Positions 33,367 to 42,620 of a stretch of DNA of 64,000 bases are shown one piece after another. Origin of the DNA: an uncultured Planctomycetota bacterium (GTDB lineage Bacteria; Planctomycetota; Planctomycetia; Isosphaerales; Isosphaeraceae). The notes beneath the pieces are model-generated. The model was not told the origin of the DNA, did no database searches, and was given only the letters and a program-made list of their open reading frames with translations. Position 1 is the stretch's first letter; the number at the start of each line of letters is the position of its first letter. The stretch covers positions 672,001 to 736,000 of the forward strand of contig CAWGMQ010000004.1 of assembly GCA_963823665.1 (NCBI GenBank), written 5' to 3'. Position numbers and translations under genes: made by a program.

Positions 33367-33464
33367 GCTGAACGCAAAAGCTCAGCAGCGGCGAACATGC
33401 TAAGAGACCGAAACTCCGAGAAACCACTATCGCGGCCTCTTTCTGCTGGAGCGTTCGGTTGGGC
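33367..33464 (-). other. integron attC recombination site
   Basis: Minus strand R'' GCCCAAC-5nt-L'' GCTCCAGC ... L' GCTGAGC-6nt-R' GTTCAGC, 98 bp, with the extra C in L'' (extrahelical G on the other strand). GGAG RBS and the TIR ATG follow within 20 nt. Confidence 0.8.
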
Positions 33465-33755
33465 GTGGAACCAGTCCGAATCCGGAAGGGGGACCTTAAT
33501 TGCGATCGCCCACGTGATGAAGATCCGGTCACGCGCGATACTGACCGGCGCCGTTTGCCCTGGCGCTGAACCGGTTTTCATACTAAGGCACGCCCGTTGA
33601 CCTACCGCGCGCGCCGGGCATCATCGTGCAGCCTGCCCGTTGGCCCGTCACGGTATCAGAACATGCCGCCGAATCTCGGTCAACAATCGACCCTCGGGAC
33701 ACTCCAGGATCGTGGAGCGGCAAATGGCGGTTCGGACGGGGCCGCCCGCCGGCCG

Positions 33756-33784
33756 CCGGATTTTGAGTCCGGCGCGTCTGCCAT
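33756..33784 (-). pseudogene. tRNA-Leu(CAA) fragment (part of D arm + anticodon arm), likely att-site remnant
   Basis: Minus strand TGGCAGACGCG-CCGGA-CTCAAAA-TCCGG. No T arm (GTTCGA) and no acceptor stem. Confidence 0.7.
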
Positions 33785-34056
33785 CTGCGTGACATTGGGC
33801 TGATGTTGGATTGACGTTGATTTCAGGGGTTTTGTCGAGGTCTACGATAGCCCTCGGCCTTCGCTCGCATTGTAGTCGCATTGGGCTCGCACGGGCAATG
33901 TGTGCAGAAGAACTGCAGAAGCGCTTCCGCTGGGGCATAAAAGCCAAAGCAGAGACTATGCTCTGTGACGACCGCGGGGCTGAACTGAAGTTGCTATACT
34001 CTAGGGCGCCGTACTTCCGGTTAGTCTTTTGACCTCGCTCCGGTTCGGGTGTCGGC

Positions 34057-37000
34057 ATGGTAAAGAGCGGAACGAGTGGCGGAGCGGCCGCTGCCGGGGG
34101 ATTCTCCTTTCAGGCGAGCATCGCCGCCTGGGCGGCGGTCGGTGTACTCGCGGCCCGATCCGTAACGCCCCGTTGGGGATTAAACCCCAAAGCCTATTTC
34201 ACCGAGGTTCATTGCGAGACAGGGCTGCCCGTCGATGACATAATGATCATCACATCCGAGTCCGGCGTCGTCTATCTGCAAGCGAAGCGTGGTATCTCAC
34301 TGGAGTCCGCGCCGGAGTCGCCGCTTGGATCGACAATCGGGCAATTCGTCAAGCAGTTCCTGTCGCAGCGTCACCAGGAAGGAGGTCAGCGCCCGCGGGA
34401 ACGTCCACTTGATCCGGAGCGCGATCGTCTCGTGCTTATGACCCACGGTCAAGCCCCGAGATGGGCGCATTCCGAATTGCCGCGTGTGCTAGAACGATTT
34501 CGGCAAGACGAGGGATGCGTTTCCCTCACAGATGCCGCCAAGAACAAGAATGAGCGTTCCGCAGCAGAAACAGTAATCGCACACGTTCGAGCATCCTGGC
34601 AGTCTGAAACGCAGACCGCTCCTTCACCAGCAGACCTCCGTGTTTTTTTCTCAGTGATGCGAGTCGATTCGCTCGATGTCAGAATCGACGGTATCGATGG
34701 GCGTGACGATTTCGTGGCAATGGATACGCTACGGCAGGTAGTGTTAAAGGAACCTGAACAGGCCGAAACCGCATACAAGCTCCTCAAGGAATTCTGCGGC
34801 TTACTGATAGCAAATCGTGGCAGTGCGAATGGTCGCGAGCTCGAGCGGCAGCTCTCGCGCAACAATTTAGCGGTTCGGTCGGCCATCGACCGCACTTTCT
34901 ATTCCGAGCTAAAGAAGTATGCCAAGGATTTTGGTGAACTAATCCAAGAAGAGACAAAACGGTTTGTCGGACGGGATCAGATCTTTGAGAAATTGGCGAG
35001 CTTTGCAAAAACGCACCCATGCGGCTACTTCACTATCGTTGCGGATGCTGGGCTTGGTAAGACGGCGCTCGCCGCGATGTGGGCGAAGCGATCGAGCGCA
35101 TCCGCCTTCTTCGCCAACGCGAGCGCGGGCCTGACCCGAGCTGACCAGTGCCTCAACCATCTAGCGGTCGATCTGATCAGACGCTTCGCGCTTCCGCATG
35201 ACCACCTCCCTCTCCGCGCTGGTGAGGACTCAGCTTTTCTGAGCACTGTTCTCTCCGAGGCTGTTGCTAGGTCATCGAAACCAATCTGGATCGTCGTCGA
35301 TGCGCTCGACGAGGCCGAGCCGCCCGGTCCAGGGCGTAACCCGCTACTGCTGCCCGATCGGCTTCCCGACGGTGTACACATCCTCCTGACGCACCGCCCC
35401 GGCCAGATTGCGCTTGTCACGGCCGGTGAGACGGCCGACGAGGAGTATCCGATAGCCTGGGACGACGCGGCTCAGCAAGCCGTCATAGGGGCTTATCTCC
35501 GCCAGGAAGCTGATCGGCCAGAGATCCGCTGGGCGCGTGAATCGGCAAGCCCGCCAATCACGATCGATCGGTTCGTCGACCTTCTGCAATGCAAGAGCGA
35601 GGGGAACCTCCAGTATCTTGAGTACGTACTGGCCGACATCGCCGAGAGCAAGCGGGCGCTCAGGCCGAGCGATCTCGAGTCTCTCCCGAGTAAGCTGCGG
35701 GGCTATTACCAGAAGAAGTTCTGGGAATACATGGAGCAGGTGCGCGACCGTGAGGGCGCCGGGCAATGGGAACAATTCTATGTCCCCGTGATCGAGTTCC
35801 TCGCAGCAGCGAGCGAGCCGGTGACAGCCACTTGGCTGGCCGCGCAAGTCAACCGTCAGCCGAATGAAATCGAGAGGCGCGCGCTGAAGCCCTGGCGGCG
35901 ATTCCTCAGCCAGGAGGGTCGAAGTTCGGATGAGCAAAGGCGTCCCCGACGTTGGCGCGTGGTCCATCAGTCGTTCATCGATTTTCTGGATGAGGAAAAG
36001 GTGGCCGATCTCCGCGCGGCGCACGATCGGGTCGTCAACTATTACCTTTCTGCCTGGGGCGGTCTGGAGGCTGGACTTCCCGCCCTGTTCGACCCCGCCA
36101 GACATGATGAGCTCGATGGTTATGGCCTGCGGCACTTGGCCGAGCACCTCGAACGAGCCGATCGCATCGACGACCTGCACCGACTGCTCCGCCGGGAGCG
36201 GCGCGTGGCGTTCAAGACCGCGCCATTCAGTGTCGAGAATGTCTGGTATGCTGCCCGCGAGCGAGTCTTCCAGACGGAGGGGTACCGACATGATTTGGCC
36301 CGCGCCGCCAGGTTGGTCGAAGCCTCCGCTAATACTTCCGCAGACGGGAGCGTGAAGAAGCCAATCATCGGATTTGCAATTCGCTTTGCCCTGATGTCTG
36401 CTTCCGTCAAGGACATGGCCTCGAACATTCCAGTGCCGCTGATCGCGGCTCTGGTTGCGAGAGAAGTTTGGCCCGCTTCGGAGGGCCTTGCATACGCCAG
36501 GATGCTAGCCCCAGAGGACCGGTCCGACGGTTTGATCGAAATCAGCTCGTATCTTGACGAGCACGGCAAAGAGAGGGTGCTGCGAGAGGCACTAGACGCC
36601 GCGAGGATGATCGGTGACAAATTTCGCCGGTCCACCAAGCTTGCGGACATGGGACAGATAGAGGAGGCATTGACGGCGGCGTGTGCGATCGATGATGAGC
36701 GGCGGCGCGTCGAGGCCATCGGAAATCTTGCACCGTACCTCGCAGATCCAGCGCACGTTGATCAGGCGCTGACGGTCGTCAGGGAGGTACGCGACTCAGC
36801 ACATCGAGCCCGCGGCCTGGCCGCGCTGCACCGGCCGGAGGACGCACTGACAGCGGTGCGGGACATCGACGACGAATGGGCGCGAGCCGGCGTTCTGAGG
36901 AATATCGCGCCTCGCTTGATGTATCTGTCCGAGGTTGAGCAGGCGCTCGCCATGGCAAGGGATATCCGCGACGAAGAAGCTTGCGCCCACGCTGTCGAGC

Positions 37001-38607
37001 CATTGACGATCCGCTTGACGGATCTGTGCTCGGTGGAGCACGCAGTTGCGATCGCGCGGGGAACCGAGGATCAATGGTTAAAGCGCCGAGTGCTGGCGGC
37101 ACTCGCCCTAAAGCTCGCGACGCTTGGCCTTCTAGATGAGGCATTCGTGCTCGCGCAGGAGTCCGACGACGACGAAACTCGAGCCCGGCTACTGGCACGG
37201 TCGGGGCGAGTGGCGGACGCGATAACGGCGGCTGAGCGGATCAAAGAGGACGGCGATAGAGAGTGGTTTTTGAGGGAGCAGACGTGCGAACTGGTGGAAG
37301 CGGGTCGGATCGACGACGCACTGGTCGTGGCGCGAAGGATCGATACCGAAAATGCTCGCGCTGCCGCTTTTGTTGTTCTTTTGCCAAGACTTGCCGAGGC
37401 GGGCCGAGTCGACGAAGCGCTGGCGATGGCGCAGGGGATCGGAGACGAATGGTATCGCGCCACTGCCCTGGCGGATTTGGTACGACACCTCGATCCAACG
37501 CGCACGACACAGCTACTCGCCGAAGCAAGGGAGATCGACGATGCTAGAAGCCGAGCCGAGCTCCTCGCGGCCTTGGATGAGTTGCAAGACGCCCTGATCG
37601 CCGTCGGCCAAATCGGAGTGGAGGAGGACGACCAAGACAACGTTCTGCTGGCGCTCGTGAACCGCCTTGTGATGCTGAGGAAAATCGAGGCTGCACTGGC
37701 GCTAGCGTCGAAAATCCGCGACGAAGGATCTCGATTCGAGGCGATATTCGTACTCGTGCCGCATCTCACCACGGTCAGTCAGCTCAGGGAGGCACTGGCC
37801 GTGGCACGGGTAATTGGCGACGCGTCAGAGTCGGACAGCGCACTCGCGGAGCTGGCACCGTGGCTGGCTGAGTCGCGTGGCATCGACGAGGCGCTGGCAC
37901 TGGCGTGGAGGATCAGGTCTCCCTGGGACAAGGCCCTAGCACTAGCACTGCTCGGCCGACTCCATCAGGCTATCGCCTCGGCTCGGAGAATCGATGACGA
38001 CGACTCACGGGACTTTGCCTGGGATCAAATTGTTCGCCGGCTCACCGAACTCGACCGGTTGGATGAAGCGATTGCAGCGGTGCGCGAAATTGGGAAAGTG
38101 CACGGTCGTGAAAGTGCACCCGCGGTTATCGTGTGCCGCCTGGCCGAGTCGGGTCGGGTCGAGGAGGCGTTCGCGAAACTGCGGCAGATCTTCCACAAAC
38201 AGACAAGTGAGCGCGATTTCGCGCGACTCGCTCCGAGTTTGGTTCAGTCCGACAAACTGGAAGGTGCCTTCGAAGCGAAGAACGAGTTCTACGGTCCCGC
38301 GGCTCGAGCCCTGGCCCGGGCGGAACTCGGTATGGTGGGTGAAGTGCACGAAGCGCCAAGCGAGATTGGGGAAGAGCACCGCCGTAAAGACGCGCTCGCG
38401 GCTATCGTACCTCGCCTCGCGATGCTGCCGCAGGCAGAAGCTCTGTCGCTCTTGCTTGATACGATACGTGTCTCGGCGACGCGACCGCGCTCTAGTCTCC
38501 TGCTCGACCTTGTGGCTCTCGCACCGATCATCGCCGCGATTGATCCAATGGAGGCAATCGCAGAGACATGTCAAGCGATCGAAGACGTTTTCCGCTGGTG
38601 GCCGTGA
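34057..38607 (+). CDS. PD-(D/E)XK (Cap4/Mrr-like) nuclease + STAND/NACHT-like NTPase + helical repeat sensor (Avs-like)
   Basis: N-terminal GFSFQ...ETGLPVDDI...YLQAK; Walker A ADAGLGKT; Walker B IVVDALDE; many C-terminal A.(R).I.D...R..AL repeats. Confidence 0.8.
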   Translation: MVKSGTSGGAAAAGGFSFQASIAAWAAVGVLAARSVTPRWGLNPKAYFTEVHCETGLPVDDIMIITSESGVVYLQAKRGISLESAPESPLGSTIGQFVKQFLSQRHQEGGQRPRERPLDPERDRLVLMTHGQAPRWAHSELPRVLERFRQDEGCVSLTDAAKNKNERSAAETVIAHVRASWQSETQTAPSPADLRVFFSVMRVDSLDVRIDGIDGRDDFVAMDTLRQVVLKEPEQAETAYKLLKEFCGLLIANRGSANGRELERQLSRNNLAVRSAIDRTFYSELKKYAKDFGELIQEETKRFVGRDQIFEKLASFAKTHPCGYFTIVADAGLGKTALAAMWAKRSSASAFFANASAGLTRADQCLNHLAVDLIRRFALPHDHLPLRAGEDSAFLSTVLSEAVARSSKPIWIVVDALDEAEPPGPGRNPLLLPDRLPDGVHILLTHRPGQIALVTAGETADEEYPIAWDDAAQQAVIGAYLRQEADRPEIRWARESASPPITIDRFVDLLQCKSEGNLQYLEYVLADIAESKRALRPSDLESLPSKLRGYYQKKFWEYMEQVRDREGAGQWEQFYVPVIEFLAAASEPVTATWLAAQVNRQPNEIERRALKPWRRFLSQEGRSSDEQRRPRRWRVVHQSFIDFLDEEKVADLRAAHDRVVNYYLSAWGGLEAGLPALFDPARHDELDGYGLRHLAEHLERADRIDDLHRLLRRERRVAFKTAPFSVENVWYAARERVFQTEGYRHDLARAARLVEASANTSADGSVKKPIIGFAIRFALMSASVKDMASNIPVPLIAALVAREVWPASEGLAYARMLAPEDRSDGLIEISSYLDEHGKERVLREALDAARMIGDKFRRSTKLADMGQIEEALTAACAIDDERRRVEAIGNLAPYLADPAHVDQALTVVREVRDSAHRARGLAALHRPEDALTAVRDIDDEWARAGVLRNIAPRLMYLSEVEQALAMARDIRDEEACAHAVEPLTIRLTDLCSVEHAVAIARGTEDQWLKRRVLAALALKLATLGLLDEAFVLAQESDDDETRARLLARSGRVADAITAAERIKEDGDREWFLREQTCELVEAGRIDDALVVARRIDTENARAAAFVVLLPRLAEAGRVDEALAMAQGIGDEWYRATALADLVRHLDPTRTTQLLAEAREIDDARSRAELLAALDELQDALIAVGQIGVEEDDQDNVLLALVNRLVMLRKIEAALALASKIRDEGSRFEAIFVLVPHLTTVSQLREALAVARVIGDASESDSALAELAPWLAESRGIDEALALAWRIRSPWDKALALALLGRLHQAIASARRIDDDDSRDFAWDQIVRRLTELDRLDEAIAAVREIGKVHGRESAPAVIVCRLAESGRVEEAFAKLRQIFHKQTSERDFARLAPSLVQSDKLEGAFEAKNEFYGPAARALARAELGMVGEVHEAPSEIGEEHRRKDALAAIVPRLAMLPQAEALSLLLDTIRVSATRPRSSLLLDLVALAPIIAAIDPMEAIAETCQAIEDVFRWWP

Positions 38608-38911
38608 GCAACATGCACGCGCGCTTCCCAGCCGGAGGTGTTTACGGGTGAGAGCCTTTCGAGCAAGCCTCGGCTTTCCGCGATGTGGTTCAGGCTATGC
38701 TCGGTTTTCCTCTTTCGGTGCAAACCGCGACTCGAGGCGAAGGGCTTCGTCCAGCGCCGCGAGCTCTTCCGGCTAATCGACCAGGCATAATGACGCGATG
38801 TACAGCCCTTACCACCGGTTGCCAGGGCTTGACGCAGTGATGCGCATCTGACCCATTTTCACCTACCGCCGACGTTGATTCGCCTATAGTGTTCCGATAT
38901 ACACTATCGAA

Positions 38912-39196
38912 ATGAGGATTCTCAGCCGAAGACAAGCACAGGCGACCCGCGACCGAATCAGGCCCATGATGGAGTTCGTGTACCGCTGCCGTTGCCGCAT
39001 GGACGAACTGGGGTTCGACCCCAGCGGACCGATCTACGTTGCGATCCACCAAGCTTACGAAGCGTTGCAGGACCTAAATGCGGAGTTGTTCTGCCAATCG
39101 CACGGGCGCGAATCAGCGAAGCCACCTGCTAAGCCGCCAGGCGTCACTCGGGCCAAGGATCAGGCTCAACAATCACCCGACCGTCCGGATGATTGA
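38912..39196 (+). CDS. small hypothetical protein
   Basis: ORF with helical, protein-like composition; no recognised motif. Confidence 0.45.
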   Translation: MRILSRRQAQATRDRIRPMMEFVYRCRCRMDELGFDPSGPIYVAIHQAYEALQDLNAELFCQSHGRESAKPPAKPPGVTRAKDQAQQSPDRPDD

Positions 39197-39258
39197 TCGC
39201 AACTCCCCATCGTTGGGAAGCGTCACAAGCCGAACCGCGGTCGGTGCGAATTTTGTCA

Positions 39259-40302
39259 TCAAGCAGGTTTGACTCCCGTCGACTCCTCGGATTTGAGGTC
39301 TCTGAGCAATCGGGCGAAGGCGGATTCAAACGAGTCGTGGTCTTTCCAGTTCGTGAAGTCGGGTATAAAGAACTTCCGAACTTCCGCTGCCAAATCTTCT
39401 CCAGAGCTGTCCGGCAGTTCCCAGGCTCTGATCCTGTCGAAGTCCGTGATCCGAATCGGGAACAGCTTGCGTCGGCCCTCGCGCTTTTCGGCTGACCTTG
39501 CTCGGCGAATTTCAGTCGCCACCCAAGTGCTCTTCATGCTGGATTCAGAGAGGACAAGTAGGAGCTTGTCGTGAATTCGGATCGCCTCGTCGATCTGGGG
39601 GTGTAGTTCTCGTCCAGCTTTCATGTGCTCTTCGTCAAGCCAAACGCGAGTACCTTGATCCCTCATGCCTACGAAGAGGCGCCGAGCAAAATCCTTGTCC
39701 ACCGAGCTATGGCTGATGAAACACGAATAGAACTGGATTGGGTTCATCGAGCCAATCAATGACGGTAGATACTCGACAAACGCGTCTGGCACACCGCAAC
39801 CTCGTAGAAATTCTTCTGGGATGTTGCCATTTACGCGCAAGAGCGTATCGATGCTGATCGTGCTCGGACCATGGTGTTGCACGGTTTCGAGGCCCTTCAC
39901 GTCGGAAAGATCCACTTTTGTGAAGGCTGTGTTCAGACACTTGCAGCTGGGAAGTTCAGCGCCGCTAAGCTTAGCCTCGGTTAAGTCGGCTCCCCTGAGG
40001 TCGGCCCCGCTGAGGTTTGCCCTGACGAAGGTGGCGCCGCCGAAGTCGCATCTAGCGAGAACGGCCCCTCGCAAGTCGACCTCGGTGAGGTCGGCGCCGT
40101 CGAGGTGGGCCTCACTGAGGACGGCCCCCGCGAGGCGGGCCATTCTGAGGTCGACCTCGTAGAGGTCGGCTTTGCTAACGATAATCCCTTGTAAGTTGGC
40201 CGCACGAAGGTCGGATTTGTAAAGCTCGGCCCGGCGAAGGCTAGGGAATTTCTCGCCCGTCCTTCGCCGTTTATTCCATTCGATGCGCCTCTGCCGCTTC
40301 AC
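39259..40302 (-). CDS. pentapeptide-repeat + C-terminal TIR protein, native N-terminus probably truncated
   Basis: A(D/N)Lxx pentapeptide run; TVQHHGPSTISIDTL linker; FYSCFISHSSVD...SMKSTWVATEI. Possible GTG start at 40302. Confidence 0.85.
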   Translation of the reverse strand: MKRQRRIEWNKRRRTGEKFPSLRRAELYKSDLRAANLQGIIVSKADLYEVDLRMARLAGAVLSEAHLDGADLTEVDLRGAVLARCDFGGATFVRANLSGADLRGADLTEAKLSGAELPSCKCLNTAFTKVDLSDVKGLETVQHHGPSTISIDTLLRVNGNIPEEFLRGCGVPDAFVEYLPSLIGSMNPIQFYSCFISHSSVDKDFARRLFVGMRDQGTRVWLDEEHMKAGRELHPQIDEAIRIHDKLLLVLSESSMKSTWVATEIRRARSAEKREGRRKLFPIRITDFDRIRAWELPDSSGEDLAAEVRKFFIPDFTNWKDHDSFESAFARLLRDLKSEESTGVKPA

Positions 40303-40737
40303 GCCGTATCGATGTTCACACACGACTTCGTTCCACCAGAAGGCGACAAAGGCGGCAACAAAGTATTCGTGAAGGTGAGGGAAGATTCGCATACCATCAA
40401 TCTACATTCTCTCTGGGACGGTCTAATTCAAGGCGCGGACCGGTTCCAGTCCGTACGCAAGCGGGCGCTTGGTTTGCTTGGAAGGCCAGACATGACCAGG
40501 AACAAGTTCCCACAACTTTCGTCCGTAACCGCTGAAGACTGGACGAGAGAGCGCTTCGAGCTTGCGAAGTCGGTCGCCTACCAGGACGGTGCTATTCAGG
40601 GAAGCGGGGATAAGAACGACGGAGACGTTCTGCCGGATAACTATCCATCGACGTGCAAGAGCGTTGCTGAGCAGCATGTCGTACTCGCCGGCTACCGACT
40701 GGCTGACTTGTTGAAAAGCTTGGGGCCCTCGCTCTGA
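40291..40737 (+). pseudogene. C-terminal half of an S1/P1 nuclease
   Basis: (L)PLHAVSMFT...GDKGGN...NLHSLWD...LAGYRLADLL; the N-terminal half is absent. Confidence 0.8.
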
Positions 40738-41062
40738 GACTCTCCGCGGATGGTCAAGACTCCGTCCGTGCGGTTTGCACGCGGATTTGCCGGCAATGGC
40801 GAGTCAGGATACCCGACCTGAGCTGCATCTAGTGCGCATGCAGATCATCTGCTAAGCTAGCGCCGCCCGGGACAGGACTTCTGGCGTTCTACGATCCTCG
40901 AGCTGCCCTATAAGGTCTGCCTCGCTGGTGTTCACTGGCTTTGCCTGTGCAATCCGTTGCTAACCGTTCGGTAGGTCAATATCTCAAGTCTGTAGATCGT
41001 CTGCCAATCGACCGAGTCTGGTCTCCACCGCCTGCGTTGCGCTCAAAGCGAAGACAAGGTGG

Positions 41063-42092
41063 ATGACTGTGAAAAAACCGTTCGACGACGCCACGGAACT
41101 GTTTGACTTCCTCGAAGCGGATGAGCCCGACCGCTACGTTTTCCGGGGCCAGACAAGAATGTATGACGGCCCGGTGCTTCCGTCCGCGCTGAGAGATCGT
41201 TTCACGCCCTTCGATACATCGAAGGGACCATTGAACTGGGCTGGCGTGACCCTGTCCAAGACGATGATCGACGGTCAATTCGCGGCCCGAAGGCGAGCTG
41301 TTTGCAATTTGGACGAGAAGTCAGAAGAGGCTGACGACGGGAAGACAACCTGGGAGTTGCCGGAAACCGCCCATCAACACGGTTTCCGTGAGTTCTTCAA
41401 CCGATCGCATTCTCAACGAATCAGGGACGTAGGAAATGTTCTGCGCGAGAGCGCAATACCTGGGATTTCAGAGCTTTTCGGGAGCGACCTAGGTGACCTT
41501 CTATGCCAGCAGTACGGCTTCACTTCGAACGCGCTATATGTGACGACCGACACCTCAGTCGCTATGTTTTTTGCGACACGCGAAGCGCCATTTTACGGCG
41601 TGGTTCCAAATTCCCCGCATTGTGGAGTCGTTTATCGATGGCCAAAAGATCGCGCGACGATCGCCCGAAATTATCTACTACCACTTGAAGAAAATGCTGG
41701 TTTCGATTCGATACCAATCAGCTTCTCCAACTTCATCAAGGACAGCGCCGATCTGAAAATCGTCAAAGACACGCTGGTGCGGTACACTTCCGCAACAGGC
41801 GAACGCCAGAAGCGCATGATGTGGATCGTTAGCGAAGGCGAGCGCCGCAGCCTCGATGCCCTCTGTTTTCCCACGGGCGCACTAAATCGAAGCCGAGTGG
41901 GACGTCAGCGTGCAGCCCTGCTTTGGCCCCACTTCGAGATCGTCAACTCCCTCGTGCCTCGAAATGATGGAGATCATGTTGCGCTGATTGGTGACCTACT
42001 CAAGACGCACTGCGGCGAGGCTTTCAGTTTCCGACACCGCGGCGTAAGCCCTCCCGAACGGCTAAGTAAGTTTGACCTCTGGCCATCGATCC
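41063..42092 (+). CDS. FRG-domain protein; 3' end runs into a repeat tract (ORF stop at 42553)
   Basis: YVFRGQ, VLPSALR, LCQQYGFTSNALYVTTDTSVAMFFA, SRVGRQRA. Confidence 0.75.
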
Positions 42093-42420
42093 GGGAAGCC
42101 AGACATCCACCCTCTAGACTCGGTTCCGGGAAGCCAGGGAAGCCAGGCAAGCCAGACATCCACCCTCTAGACTCGGTTCCGGAAAAACCGAGGGAAGCCG
42201 GGAAGCCAGGGAAGCCAGACATCGGGAAGCCAGACATCCACCCTCTAGACTCGGTTCCGGAAAAAGCGAGGCAAACACGGCTCGGAGCGGAGCCCGAGGG
42301 GTTTGCCCGGGTTTGCCAGACACCCACTAATCCTACGGGGTTTGCCAGACACCCACTAATCCTACGGTGGGAAGCGAGTTTCTGGAATTCTGGTGGCCCG
42401 CGGAACTTGGGTGTCTGGGA
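42092..42420. repeat. stuttered REP-like repeat tract
   Basis: aagccagacatccaccctctagactcggttccgg x3 (42096, 42149, 42227); gggtttgccagacacccactaatcctacgg x2; inverted gggtgtctgg near 42409. Confidence 0.85.
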
Positions 42421-42620
42421 TTCTCGCGACAGCAGTTCAGCGATGCGATTGGGAAGCCGGATCACGAAGAAAGCGGCAGCGCATCGATTCGCTAGACCAG
42501 GCGGTGTAGGGCGTATAACGCCGACGATTCGGCTGCGAATCTTGGACACTTGAGCCATTTTTCGGTATCGACGCGCAGACCTGGGATCAGATCCGGTAGA
42601 GATCCTTGGATACCGCTTGA

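Noticed and set aside
33720..33800. Functional tRNA-Leu gene
   Set aside because: No T-loop GTTCGA and no acceptor stem pairing; only a fragment.
42096..42260. CRISPR array from the three 34-bp repeats
   Set aside because: The intervals are unequal (53 and 78 bp) and the intervening DNA consists of partial repeat copies, not unique spacers.
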